Below, piece after piece: positions 52,171 to 64,000 of a stretch of 64,000 nucleotides of DNA. A model generated the notes under the pieces. The model saw only the letters and a program-made list of their open reading frames with translations. It made no database searches and was not told the origin of the DNA. The stretch spans positions 12,648,001-12,712,000 of the forward strand of contig OZ024756.1 of NCBI GenBank assembly GCA_964016885.1, read 5' to 3'. The stretch comes from Eledone cirrhosa (lineage: Eukaryota). The number at the start of each line of letters is the position of its first letter. The stretch's first letter is position 1. The position numbers and the translations under genes were made by a program.

Positions 52171-52428
52171 CAGAGGTTCTCACCCCCCCCCCCCCCCCCC
52201 CTCATGGCCATGTAATACTCTCAGTGACCCCAACCCTATTTCCAGAGAGACCTACCTACATGCAAATTGTAAATAATATATAATAAATAAAACTGTTAAT
52301 TTATATATAATAAATAATATAATATATAGTATCATTTGATATTTAATATATTACACAGCCTCTACCCCCCTCCCCCGACCGCCTCAACGCGGGGGGGGGG
52401 GGGGTAGCGCCTACTTTGAGAACCGCTG
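52171..52428. mobile_element. hAT-type MITE with 8-bp TSD
   Basis: TIRs cagaggttctca / tgagaaccgctg; TSD ctctatgc at 52163-52170 and 52429-52436. Confidence 0.85.
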
Positions 52429-53087
52429 CTCTATGCTATACAGATTACATATAATTTATGAATGCTAAGTTCAGTAAATTGTTGAGTGGGCCGTGAGCAC
52501 TTTCATGCCTATGTAGTGGTAGCTAAGACATTCAACCCAAGGGTGTCCTTCATGTTCTAACCTTGGGAGATTTCAATTTAGAACTGCAACATAACAAAAC
52601 ACTTGTAATATACAAAGAAGTTCTGGTCTTTACAAAATTCTTCATCTGCTGTAAAACATTGCCTCAAAAACTCCCGTCCAACCCATGCCAGCATGTAAAA
52701 GTGGATGCTAAAACAATGATGATGATGATGCAGTGTATATATCTCCCCATAATTCTAGGTGCAGGTCATGTGGTTAAGAAGTTTGCTTCAGAATCACATG
52801 ATTTCAGATTTAATTCCAACTACAGGGTACCTAGAGCAATTGAACTAACAACCCCAACCCTATATTAACCCTTTTGTTAGCATATTTCTAATGAAATACA
52901 CTTTATTTCAATTAGTTAAGAATTTTAAGGGATAAATGTGGCTGCTACTAGAAAGGGCATCCAGCTGTAAAAAACCCCAGCCAAAATACAGTTCTGTTTG
53001 AGCAAGGTATGGCCTGGCCAACTCGCCAGACTTGTCTCATAACATGAATGGCCTGTCTAACTCATTCAAGCATAGAAAAAATAGACA

Positions 53088-53304
53088 TTAACCCATTAGC
53101 ATTTAAACCAGCTGTATCTGGCCATATTTCTGTAAACTCTTTCTGTTCAAACCAGCTGAAACCAGTCGCTCATACTGATGTTAAGGTATTGTTCTCAAAA
53201 TAAATAATCAAAATCGATGTTACATGAGATAATTATATGAGGTAAAGCCTTTACCATGAAAATATAATAGTAAATATAGAGTAATGTAACTGGTAAAGTG
53301 TTAA
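53088..53304 (+). mobile_element. piggyBac-like MITE inserted in a SINE tail
   Basis: TTAAcccattagcattt...ggtaaagtgTTAA; flanks agaca|TTAA|atgatgatg restore the SINE tail. Confidence 0.85.
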
Positions 53305-53784
53305 ATGATGATGTTGATATTGAAATTATTAATTATTTCATTACTGAAATAGTAACTTAACTTATGGTTCTTATATAAAATTATGCTGGAAAAATTATAT
53401 TCAAAATAAGAATTCTTTCAAATGGGTAGTTTTGTTTCGGTTAATAACGAGAGTTAAGCCCCTAAAATCCCTGACTTCAAAACAACAGACTAGATGGTGG
53501 TGTTACTAAATTGGCTGTAGGACTAACTCTCTCTCTACACACACATTATATATATATATCATCATCATCATCATCGTTTAACGTTTATCTTCCACGCTAG
53601 CATGGGTTACACACTGAACCATAATCTTAACACAAAACAATAGGACAAGAGATCAGCTATTTCCCACTTTCCTTAAAAATGAACCATGACTCTAACACTG
53701 TCTGAGGAGTGGAAATTGTTGGCAGCCATTAATTCACAGAGGAACAACATCAAAGATAACAAAAACTGTCTTATTGTGTTGAGA

Positions 53785-55990
53785 ACCACATTGTTAGCAG
53801 TGATATCACACAGCTAGGATGTTATACCACATTGTTAGCAGTGATATCACACAGCTAGGATGTCACACCACATTGTTAACAGTGATATCACACAGCTAGG
53901 ATGTCACACCACATTGTTAGCAGTGATATCACACAGCTAGGATGTCACACCACATTGTTAACAGTGATATCACACAGCTAGGATGTCACACCACATTGTT
54001 AGCAGTGATATCACACAGCTAGGATGTCACACCACATTGTTAACAGTGATATCACACAGCTAGGATGTCACACCACATTGTTAGCAGTGATATCACACAG
54101 CTAGGATGTCACACCACATTGTTAATAGTGATATCACACAACTAGGATGACACACCACATTGTTAGCAGTGATATCACACAGCTAGGATGTAATAACACA
54201 TTGTTAGCAGTGGTATCACACAGCTAGGATGTAATACCACATTGTTAGCAGTGATATCACACAGCTAGGATGTTATACCACATTGTTAGCAGTGATATCA
54301 CACAGCTAGGATGTCACACCACATTGTTAACAGTGATATCACACAGCTAGGATGTCACACCACATTGTTAGCAGTGATATCACACAGCTAGGATGTCACA
54401 CCACATTGTTAATAGTGATATCACACAACTAGGATGACACACCACATTGTTAGCAGTGATATCACACAGCTAGGATGTCACACCACATTGTTAATAGTGA
54501 TATCACACAACTAGGATGTCACACCACATTGTTAGCAGTGATATCACACAGCTAGGATGTCACACCACATTGTTAATAGTGATATCACACAACTAGGATG
54601 ACACACCACATTGTTAGCAGTGATATCACACAGCTAGGATGTCACACCACATTGTTAATAGTGATATCACACAACTAGGATGACACACCACATTGTTAGC
54701 AGTGATATCACACAGCTAGGATGTAATACCACATTGTTAGCAGTGATATCACACAACTAGGATGTCATACCACATTGTTAGCAGTGATATCACACAGCTA
54801 GGATGTCATACCACATTGTTAGTAGTGATATCACACAGCTAGGATGTCACACCACATTGTTAGTAGTGATATCACACAGCTAGGATGTCACACCACATTG
54901 TTAGCAGTGATATCACACAACTAGGATGTCATACCACATTGTTAGCAGTGATATCACACAGCTAGGATGTCATACCACATTGTTAGCAGTGATATCACAC
55001 AACTAGGATGTCATACCACATTGTTAGCAGTGATATCACACAGCTAGGATGTAATACCACATTGTTAGCAGTGATATCACACAACTAGGATGTCATACCA
55101 CATTGTTAGCAGTGATATCACACAGCTAGGATGTAATACCACATTGTTAGCAGTGATATCACACAGCTAGGATGTCACACCACATTGTTAGCAGTGATAT
55201 CACACAACTAGGATGACACACCACATTGTTAGCAGTGATATCACACAGCTAGGATGTAATACCACATTGTTAACAGTGATATCACACAGCTAGGATGTAA
55301 TACCACATTGTTAGCAGTGATATCACACAGCTAGGATGTCACACCACATTGTTAGCAGTGATATCACACAGCTAGGATGTCACACCACATTGTTAGCAGT
55401 GATATCACACAGCTAGGATGTAATACCACATTGTTAGCAGTGATATCACACAACTAGGATGTCATACCACATTGTTAGCAGTGATATCACACAGCTAGGG
55501 TGTTACACTATATTACTAGCGATGACACACCACATTGTAAGCAGTGATATCACACCACATTATTGGCAATATCACACAGCTAGGATATCACACCACATTA
55601 CTGGCAATAATATCACATAACTATGATAGTACATGACATTGTTGCCATGATACCACTCAGCTAGGATATCACATGACGTTGTTGCATGATAACCACTCAG
55701 CTAGGATATCACATGGCATAGTTGCCATGATACCACTCAGCTAGGATATCACATGATATTGTTGCCATGATACTACGCAGCTAGGATAGCACATGACATT
55801 GTTGCATGATATCACACAACTAGGAGATCACATGACAGTGTTGCCATGATATCACACAACTAGATCACATGACAATGTTGCATGATATCACACAGCTAGG
55901 AGATCACATGATATTGTTGTCATGATATCACACAGCTAGGATATCATCACATTGTCGCCATGATATCACACAACTAGGAGATCAACCACA
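53785..55990. repeat. Tandem array, 41-bp unit, ~42 copies plus degenerate tail from 55500
   Basis: Unit accacattgttagcagtgatatcacacagctaggatgtcac with palindrome gtgatatcac. Confidence 0.95.
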
Positions 55991-56039
55991 TTTAAAAAAA
56001 ATTATATCACACACATACATATATACACAAACATACTCA

Positions 56040-56625
56040 CATATAAATATATATATATACAAACACACACACATATCTCATACATATATACATATGTATG
56101 TATATAGCATAGATACATATATACCACATATACATATCATATATCTATATATATATGTCATATATACATATAATATATCTCATATATACATGTCATATAT
56201 ACATATAATATATCTCATATATACATATAATATATCTCATATATACATATAATATATCTCATATATACGTGTCATATATACATATATCTCATATATACAT
56301 GTCATATATACATATAATATATCTCATATATACATGTCATATATACATATAATATATCTCATATATACATATAATATATCTCATATACACATGTCATATA
56401 TACATATAATATATCTCATATATACATGTCATATATACATATAATATATCTTATATATACATATAATATATCTCATATATACATGTCATATATACATATA
56501 ATATATCTCATATATACATATAATATATCTCATATATACATATAATATATCTCATATACACATGTCATATATACATATAATATATCTCATATATACATAT
56601 AATATATCTCATATATACATATATG
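56040..56625. repeat. AT-rich minisatellite (22-bp and 13-bp units)
   Basis: catatatacatataatatatct / catatatacatgt. Confidence 0.85.
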
Positions 56626-56653
56626 TGTGTGTACTTATCTCAATATATAAAAA

Positions 56654-59600
56654 TCACAACTCAATAATTTTAGTAGCTTTGTTGTTTTCAGTCAGTGTGA
56701 CAGTCTTAAGATGTGCAGGAGTAAAACTGCATGTTTTTCTGTGTCTGTAAAGGGCACTAGTTTGTGTGAATGACCGCTGGCAGTAACGACATTGATAAGG
56801 TCGTTCCCCAGTGTGTGTTCGCCTGTGGGTAACCAAATGTCCAAACCGCGAGAAGGATTTATCACAGAATTCACAAAAGTAACGCTGACCTTCAGATGAA
56901 TACAAAGAATCTGATTGAGATGAGAACGTACTGTTTGGAACAAGTGTGTTGCTCATTTTAACAACCTTTGACTTCTTAGAAATACAATGTTTGACCGATG
57001 ACGGAATAGAGTTAGCGGTCCTACTTTCTTCTTCTTCTGCAACATTGTTCCCTGGCTGATCATACAACCTGTCTCTACTCTCCAAGGTGTTTATTACAGC
57101 TGCTTCCTCGTGCAAATATCCACCATTCTCGACAGTTTTTTCTTTTATAAAATTTGTCGTCTCTTCATTATCCAGCTCAACACTTTCATCATTGCTACAA
57201 GGAGGAGAAAAAATCTGTGATTGCAGGACAGAGGGACTGAGAGGACTGCTATCTAAAGGATTAGTTGTACAAGGAAGAGGTTCGCTTTTAATGTAGTGCT
57301 CATCTAACTTACAATCTGTTTGGGAAGGAAATACATTTTCCGACAAATGTGAACAAAGCTCTTTTAAGTTGTTTGTACATTCTCCAGAAATTATACCTCT
57401 CTTGGATTGTATTTCTTTTTTAACCTTCTTAGTTGGTGACACCTCTACAGTTTCATCATTGCAGCTTCTGTTGGTTTGTTTGGAATCTGTACTAGACTTT
57501 ACTTCAACAGTTCCAGTCAATTGTTTTTCTTTGTTAACTTCTTTAGAAAACATTGTTGACTTGTTAAAAGAAGAAGAAGGTACCACTATATCGTCTATCA
57601 AAGAACTAATTACTGGTCTTCTTGACACGCAATTCAAGTCGCTATTAAGGTCGTAACCAGAGTAGAACTTTTCTTGGTTTGACAGCTTTCGTTTTTTAAT
57701 TAGTCTGCTGCCAATTCCTGTATGGAACTTTTTACGGTTGATCTTATTGCTGACTGTTGCCAAACTACTGAGAGACGACAACTTTTTATGGTTACCATCT
57801 TTCCTATTTGTTCTACTAGCTTCATCATCAGGTTTGTTGTCAGTCTTTGTAGAGACATTATGAAGGTAGACCAGTTCTGAATCAGAATTCTCAACTCCAT
57901 GTAGCTTCTCCTCTGACACATTCGTCAACAATGTTTCTTCTTTTGATGACTCATCTTCACATTTTTTCGATATGCCATTTTCCACATAATCTTGAGTATT
58001 ATTTGGCACCCACAGGAAAAGTGAAGCTGTAGAATTGGCACTGAAACTGTCCTGGTTCTGGTTAGTGTCTTCAGAATTTTTATTTTTGTTATCTTCAGGA
58101 AGGGCACTTGTACTGGTGTTGTTAATCACTCGAAAGCAAGTCTTGCGGTGCCTATTAAGAGCACTAACTTGTGTGAATCGCTTACCACAAGCGGAACATT
58201 TAAACGGACGTTCTCCAGTGTGGATCCTCAGATGCATTTTTAAGTGACTAGAACGACTGAAACCCTTTTTGCAATGGATGCAGACAAACCTAGAAGAGGT
58301 TTGCTTCAATGAACTATTTGTAAAGGGATTGACACCTTCATGGTAATATGATTTATCCAAATGAGTAACTTTGTCTTTGGTTTTACCACTAATACAATCA
58401 TTGTTGCTAGCAGTGGTTACACTACCTTGCTTAGTTTTCAAAGCTGTATGTAAAGAACCAAATCTGGACTTGGCATTAAATTTTTCTCCTTCATTTGGTT
58501 TCGAAAATGACTTTTTCAATATCTGTTTCTCATATCTCTGCAACTTATTTAAAGAGGTAACTATAACATCACTTGGACTATTAATGTTAGAAGATTGTTT
58601 CACAACCACATTAGAGGAGCTGGCTTTTCTCACTGAATTAGACTCTGAATCCAGATCATTTGCTGTATCTGTTTTAATTTCATTTGAGAAATGTTTCAAT
58701 TTATCAATAGAATATTGTTTCGAATATTGATCACTTTCTGTTTGATTTTCAAAGTTTAAAATGGATATTTCCCGTTGACTAGAATGTTCATTTAATGATG
58801 GATTTTCAATGATGAAAGGCTGACTATGTTGGTCCTCTGACAAAGTGACATTAGAGAAAGGTGATGTTGAAGTACAAAGTCTACGGCTCTCGTTTTGGCT
58901 GTAGAATTTTCGTGTGAACGGAGATAATATACGATCAGTAGAAAACCTGTATTTGTTGATGTTATTCATAGCTTTTTTAATTACTCTTCGTACATTCTGG
59001 TTAAGAGAATTTTTTGCAACGGACCCTAATTGAGATATGTCGTTGTTAGACATCTTTCCTTCCAGATTAATGTTTGGAAGTTTTCTACGCTGAGATTGTA
59101 ACGAGCGGTTCAGATCCTGCTTATTCTGTCGATATTTGCTGTATGGATGTAACTTGTTTGATAAAGTTCCTCTCCTCACTGGAGGAAGAAATCTTTTGGC
59201 ATTGCCAGTTTTACTGTCAGAACTAGAGTCTGATAACTTGAATTGCACTTCAGAAGTGGAAGAAACAGTTTGATGAGGGTTAAATAGAGTTTGGTATACT
59301 TTAGATTTTTTAGAAGTTACCGATCCCCCATAGAAATTGGGCACGATACCATTAGAAACTGAGCTTGTTTGAGCTGTTGCTAAGATGGCAGATTTATGAT
59401 TGGAGTTTATATGTATTACTAAAGAAATGAAATCAGCAAAGACAGTCTGACATTGAAGACAGTGTTTACGGGATAGGGAGACAGTCGGAGATACAGAGGA
59501 GCTTTCTAATTCATTCTGTTTAAATTTCAAATGGGAAAGAAGTTGTTGAAAATCACTAAAAGTTACATCACAGCAGTCACAGATATAAATGTCATGGGAA

Positions 59601-62600
59601 ACATAATGTGAGTAGAGTTCGTCCCTTTTGTCAAAAACAAAACCACAACAAATGAATTGGCTTGAAGTTTTATCCAAGTCAAGTGCTGCTGTCATTTTAG
59701 AGCAGTTGCTACTTGACACTGACAGAGCTACTCGAGCAAAACTGCATGTCTTCATGTGCCTGTTGAGAGCACTTGACTGGGTAAAGGCCTTCTGACAATG
59801 CCTACATCGAAACGGTCGTTCACCTGTGTGTGTACGATGGTGCATTATCAGATGACCACTGCGGGTGAAAGTCTTGTCACAATACTTACATGCAAATCTT
59901 TTAAATAAATGAGGAGTTGAAATGTTTGTGGACATATCTGTGCTCCAGTTGCTGCTCCAGTTGTTCATAGAATCCTCCCACACAATATAATTATTCATTG
60001 CAGACACTTGCTTTTCAGATTCAACTTTCTTATTCTTCTCCACAGAAACCAAAGCTTGAGAAGCAACAGAAGAATTTTTCAAATTAAATAAAGGATCTGC
60101 TAGATTAGGTTCCAGAGCTTGGAAATGGCACAAACCATCAGTGGTAGTGATTCTATCAAAATTTGCTTCATTCAGATTTTTAGATTTTTTAGCAGATAAA
60201 CCAGATTCTAAGAAAGGTTCTTTGTTAGAGAATGGACTTTTTGATGAGACATCAATGATTAAATTGTCATCGTCATCATCATCAATATTTTCTCTCTTAA
60301 TCACAGAACAATTATTTGGAAACTTATTCTTATTCCTTATACCTGGTTCAGAATTTTTCAAAAATGTTGGCTGAGGTGTAATCTCAGAATCCTGCTCTGC
60401 AAAACCATTCTGTTCAGAAACATTCCAATTTTTCAAGGATTGGTGATTGTCTAGATGTAAGTTAAAGCTGTCATTACCTACAAACATTTGACTACAACAT
60501 GTAAATGTGCAAGTACTTTCATTTTTCATTAAGGTAGCAGAGGGGATTTCAGTAGATTCCGGAGAGTTCCTGTCTTTCATCAAAGTGGAAGACATCTCAT
60601 CACAAGAATTGGCTGCGTTCTCTTGAACCACAGAATATAGTTCTTGGTTGGCAATATTTTGTTCGTTAATGTCTAACGAATGGGTAATCAAATGAGAAAT
60701 CAAATCATTTTTAGCAGAAAAGATTTCATCACAAAAATGACATCTATATACAGCATCAACAATTTCTGTTTTAATTTGGATGTCTGGGTCATAAGCTGTG
60801 TCTGAAATTCCACTTTCAAGAGCACTATTATTCTGGCCATTGTTGCTGCCAGAAGATAAATTCATCTCCTGTGTATAATTTTTACTTCCAGAATTTACTG
60901 GAGTGCAATTTCTTTGAAAGGAACATACCTTCTGGTGTTTGATAAAGTCATCCAGTTTCAGGTATTCACAACGACAGTATTCACATTTGATGATGCCTTC
61001 GTTACCTTCTTCACAAGGGATTTTAACAATACTGTTAAATCTCACCTCAGAAAACTGAACATAATCTTTATTTAAATGATACCCATCTCTAGCTTCCTTT
61101 TGCAACAAAGAATCTTTATCTTTATCCTCTTCTAAATCAGTTTGGATTAAGTTCTCTTCATTTTCTTTTGACTGAGTTTGGATATTTTGAAGCATTAACA
61201 ATTTAATTCGACAACAAGTTTTAAGGTGTCTGTTGAGAGCAGAGGTTTGGGTAAATGCTTTCATACAATACTGACATGAATATGGCCTCTCTCCTGTATG
61301 AGTGCGAAGGTGTTGCATTAAATGACCAGATCGTGAAAACCCACGATTGCAATATTGGCAGGTGTAGCGCCGAGTTTCAACACTATCTTTAGTGATATTG
61401 AACTGACTTTCCTCATTTGAAGAGACCTGATGAGGTTTAGGGTCGATGTTATCTGAATTGGTGTTAAAATGTGGCTGTATCTTTCTCTCATTTCTTGCAG
61501 ACAATGTTTGGTACTCTGATAATGAGATCATTGGCATATTTCTAGTGTTTTGTAGGTCTGAATGTGTTTCAGAACTGTCAGCAGTAATGGAATGATTGTT
61601 GTCCAAATGAAAACTCTTCATATGCTTATTAAAGTCATCCTCTCCCATGAATGTTTGGCTACAACAAACAAACATTTTACAATTGTTTGTAAGGTTCATG
61701 CTGCTGTCTTTAGTGAAACCAACCATCTTTTTATTAGTCTTTTCTTCAGATGTCAGCAGATCTCCCCTGATCTCTTTTAGATCAATCACTAATTGATCCA
61801 TCTGCTGCAAATGACCATCACTACCATCAGCACCACCATCATCATCATCATCACCACCACCATCACTACCACCACCATCATCATCATCATATTTACTGTT
61901 TCTGTTTGTTTCAGTTCCTGGTTTCAGTCTGATATTTTCAATAGTTACTGACCGATTACTAATAGGTTTACCCAGAATATTTTTGCCTGTTTTCTCCTCC
62001 ACCGATGATTTATTAGAAAACATGTTATTCAAATCTAAATGCTCATTGAGATTTACTTTCTCATGGTACTCATCGAAAGTGTTGCAGTTGTTGCTAGTTT
62101 TATTCACAGTCCTCACTTTTGACAGCAGTTCCTTCAAGGGCAGAAGATCGGAATCATCTTTTGTTCTATTACAAACTACAGACTGGTCAGTCACTTTCTC
62201 TTGGCAGTTGTTATCATTAATGTCCTCACAGTCAGACTGGTAGTTTTCAACAGTCAACGGAGTAGATAAATCAATACCAGCAAACTGAGAGCTTTCATCT
62301 TCAGCGCTATTACTGTGAATATTTTCAGATGACAAACTGGGAAAAGAGACAGGAGCACCACATATTTTCACATGTTGTTCAAATTTGGACGACGAAGAGC
62401 AATTTTCCTTACAAAACCAACAAACATATTGCTTTTTGTTTGCGTGAAGAAGACGGATATGTTGTTCTAGCAGTGTGGATGAAGAAAATATGTCAGCACA
62501 ATAGGAACAAGAATATTCCCTTTCTGTATCTTTATTACTGATTGTAATTTCCTGTTTAGCTAAGTTGTCTGACCGAGTGTTATATTGATCTTCTGCTTGG

Positions 62601-64000
62601 CCAGAACTGGCGATATCTTCTGCCTTGGAAGTGCAAGAAAGCATATCAGAAACAGGAATTTTATCCTCTGAACTCATACTATCAGAACATTTATTTCCAT
62701 CTTCATGTTGGTCAGGTAAACTAGATAGGAGTTGCCAGTGCTCAAACAGCTTGTTATTTCCTGATTTTTTCTGCAGAAGATCAGTTGCCACTTTACCAGT
62801 TTTGCTCTCAATACACTCTAAATCCATCTGGCCACTAGTTATCTGTCTGTCTACAGTGTCAGCAATACTAGATTTTCTTAATATCATCGTACAGTTCTTT
62901 GAATGTTCATCCAAAACAATGGTATTTTCAAATGTTTCGGTGCACTCTGAACAAGTCAGGGATTTCTTAGGAGTGGGTAATGTTACATTAACATTGGCCT
63001 GTTCTTCAGGACATGCGGTCTTTTCATATTCAGTTGAACAATTACTTTTAGTATTATTACTGTTCATATGATATTGATATTTCAACTGGTTTACATCAGA
63101 GTCACTGCAACCTTTTCTCTCTGGTTTGCATTTTACAGGTGTGGACTCGAAATTGCAAGAAAATGGTGGAGTTTCTGGTGAATATGTATGGAAGTGGTTA
63201 TCTTCAATATTTGGAGGTTCATCTGTTGTAGGGTCAGCAATCTGAGAAAGATCAGTTGTAATCATGTCTCTAAAGTCACTTCCTAAGCTCAAAGTGACAT
63301 TAGGTTCAGGGATTTCAGGTGACATTCTAGAATCATTGTCTTGGAAAGTCTGCAAATGATTTGGGTTTCTTAGTTTGGTGGTTGTATCATTAACACATGC
63401 TGGCTTTGTTACATTAGAATTAGTTACAGTAACAGAATTTTCTTGGCAGCTAGACCCTTCGTCTCTTTGATCAATTTTCAGTTCACCAGAGCATTCTTGG
63501 AGATTATTGTGCACAACTTGCAGAGCACTTCCGAGTATCATGTTTTCCTGGTCTTCAGAATATGAGCTGTTCAATGTACCCTCCGATTCTGCCTCATCAA
63601 CATTATTTAAAGTATTTATTCCATGGAGCAGCTTACTGTTCTTATAGATAGTGATTTCTGGTTTGTAAACATTTAAAATTGCTTCATTTCTTACAGATTT
63701 CGACAGTGTGGAACCATTGAGTCCAGCTGAGTTGATGGACAGGCTGGAAGTGGAGGAAGAATCAGAGATATTGGGATTAGAAGCTAACATACTATTAAGG
63801 AATTCCAAGCTATTTTTGTTTTGTTTGATAGCACAAGCATTTGACTGCCTCACCCATTTAGATTTTCTGGCATAATTCTTTTTCGTTATGTCTTTTGAGA
63901 ATAAGTGAGAATCAGCTAGGGTCTCCTGGTTTAATGGGGAGGAGTGCAGGGCATCATCATTGGGCTCAATGTCAAATAAAGAGATTAAATCTTTGCTTTT
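56654..64000 (-). CDS. Large C2H2/C2HC zinc-finger protein, 5'-partial (>2448 aa in one uninterrupted frame)
   Basis: Frame open to the window edge (KSKDLISL...WVRQS); four doublets CxxC..F.R..HL..H.R.HTGERP(Y/F).CxxC...FTQ.SAL.RH.KTC plus scattered single fingers; complex non-repetitive sequence. Confidence 0.93.
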   Translation of the reverse strand, partial: KSKDLISLFDIEPNDDALHSSPLNQETLADSHLFSKDITKKNYARKSKWVRQSNACAIKQNKNSLEFLNSMLASNPNISDSSSTSSLSINSAGLNGSTLSKSVRNEAILNVYKPEITIYKNSKLLHGINTLNNVDEAESEGTLNSSYSEDQENMILGSALQVVHNNLQECSGELKIDQRDEGSSCQENSVTVTNSNVTKPACVNDTTTKLRNPNHLQTFQDNDSRMSPEIPEPNVTLSLGSDFRDMITTDLSQIADPTTDEPPNIEDNHFHTYSPETPPFSCNFESTPVKCKPERKGCSDSDVNQLKYQYHMNSNNTKSNCSTEYEKTACPEEQANVNVTLPTPKKSLTCSECTETFENTIVLDEHSKNCTMILRKSSIADTVDRQITSGQMDLECIESKTGKVATDLLQKKSGNNKLFEHWQLLSSLPDQHEDGNKCSDSMSSEDKIPVSDMLSCTSKAEDIASSGQAEDQYNTRSDNLAKQEITISNKDTEREYSCSYCADIFSSSTLLEQHIRLLHANKKQYVCWFCKENCSSSSKFEQHVKICGAPVSFPSLSSENIHSNSAEDESSQFAGIDLSTPLTVENYQSDCEDINDNNCQEKVTDQSVVCNRTKDDSDLLPLKELLSKVRTVNKTSNNCNTFDEYHEKVNLNEHLDLNNMFSNKSSVEEKTGKNILGKPISNRSVTIENIRLKPGTETNRNSKYDDDDGGGSDGGGDDDDDGGADGSDGHLQQMDQLVIDLKEIRGDLLTSEEKTNKKMVGFTKDSSMNLTNNCKMFVCCSQTFMGEDDFNKHMKSFHLDNNHSITADSSETHSDLQNTRNMPMISLSEYQTLSARNERKIQPHFNTNSDNIDPKPHQVSSNEESQFNITKDSVETRRYTCQYCNRGFSRSGHLMQHLRTHTGERPYSCQYCMKAFTQTSALNRHLKTCCRIKLLMLQNIQTQSKENEENLIQTDLEEDKDKDSLLQKEARDGYHLNKDYVQFSEVRFNSIVKIPCEEGNEGIIKCEYCRCEYLKLDDFIKHQKVCSFQRNCTPVNSGSKNYTQEMNLSSGSNNGQNNSALESGISDTAYDPDIQIKTEIVDAVYRCHFCDEIFSAKNDLISHLITHSLDINEQNIANQELYSVVQENAANSCDEMSSTLMKDRNSPESTEIPSATLMKNESTCTFTCCSQMFVGNDSFNLHLDNHQSLKNWNVSEQNGFAEQDSEITPQPTFLKNSEPGIRNKNKFPNNCSVIKRENIDDDDDDNLIIDVSSKSPFSNKEPFLESGLSAKKSKNLNEANFDRITTTDGLCHFQALEPNLADPLFNLKNSSVASQALVSVEKNKKVESEKQVSAMNNYIVWEDSMNNWSSNWSTDMSTNISTPHLFKRFACKYCDKTFTRSGHLIMHHRTHTGERPFRCRHCQKAFTQSSALNRHMKTCSFARVALSVSSSNCSKMTAALDLDKTSSQFICCGFVFDKRDELYSHYVSHDIYICDCCDVTFSDFQQLLSHLKFKQNELESSSVSPTVSLSRKHCLQCQTVFADFISLVIHINSNHKSAILATAQTSSVSNGIVPNFYGGSVTSKKSKVYQTLFNPHQTVSSTSEVQFKLSDSSSDSKTGNAKRFLPPVRRGTLSNKLHPYSKYRQNKQDLNRSLQSQRRKLPNINLEGKMSNNDISQLGSVAKNSLNQNVRRVIKKAMNNINKYRFSTDRILSPFTRKFYSQNESRRLCTSTSPFSNVTLSEDQHSQPFIIENPSLNEHSSQREISILNFENQTESDQYSKQYSIDKLKHFSNEIKTDTANDLDSESNSVRKASSSNVVVKQSSNINSPSDVIVTSLNKLQRYEKQILKKSFSKPNEGEKFNAKSRFGSLHTALKTKQGSVTTASNNDCISGKTKDKVTHLDKSYYHEGVNPFTNSSLKQTSSRFVCIHCKKGFSRSSHLKMHLRIHTGERPFKCSACGKRFTQVSALNRHRKTCFRVINNTSTSALPEDNKNKNSEDTNQNQDSFSANSTASLFLWVPNNTQDYVENGISKKCEDESSKEETLLTNVSEEKLHGVENSDSELVYLHNVSTKTDNKPDDEASRTNRKDGNHKKLSSLSSLATVSNKINRKKFHTGIGSRLIKKRKLSNQEKFYSGYDLNSDLNCVSRRPVISSLIDDIVVPSSSFNKSTMFSKEVNKEKQLTGTVEVKSSTDSKQTNRSCNDETVEVSPTKKVKKEIQSKRGIISGECTNNLKELCSHLSENVFPSQTDCKLDEHYIKSEPLPCTTNPLDSSPLSPSVLQSQIFSPPCSNDESVELDNEETTNFIKEKTVENGGYLHEEAAVINTLESRDRLYDQPGNNVAEEEESRTANSIPSSVKHCISKKSKVVKMSNTLVPNSTFSSQSDSLYSSEGQRYFCEFCDKSFSRFGHLVTHRRTHTGERPYQCRYCQRSFTQTSALYRHRKTCSFTPAHLKTVTLTENNKATKIIEL

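Noticed and set aside
53700-53765. CTGAGGAG hammerhead-like box
   Set aside because: No stem II closed by a properly placed GAAA
63851-63853. ZNF start codon given by the ORF track
   Set aside because: It is a GTG inside a frame that stays open to the window edge; the true start is upstream

Overview
Eukaryotic, AT-rich, repeat-saturated DNA. The repeat landscape (tRNA-SINEs with RTE tails, (TA)n/(CA)n seas, long trinucleotide mosaics, C2H2-ZNF gene) resembles a coleoid cephalopod such as Octopus; that assignment is inference. The only convincing host CDS is the 3' part of a very large single-exon C2H2/C2HC zinc-finger ORF on the minus strand (56654..>64000), plus a candidate promoter/first non-coding exon near 46.1 kb (minus). 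The rest consists of tandem arrays (59, 73, 51, 50, 37, 40 and 41 bp units, several born inside transposons), SINEs, RTE, Tx1-like and CRE-like LINE fragments, Helitrons, and piggyBac- and hAT-type MITEs. The most notable structure is a set of about ten type-I hammerhead ribozyme motifs from several unrelated sequence families, mostly in fold-back modules bounded by (TA)n. These include a young 312-bp tandem/inverted retrozyme-like cassette (22456-23367) and a Penelope GIY-YIG remnant with inverted pLTRs (27860-28835) that links the modules to Penelope-like elements. Most long ORFs in the supplied track are microsatellite artefacts. Element boundaries were read by eye and are approximate unless termini are quoted.
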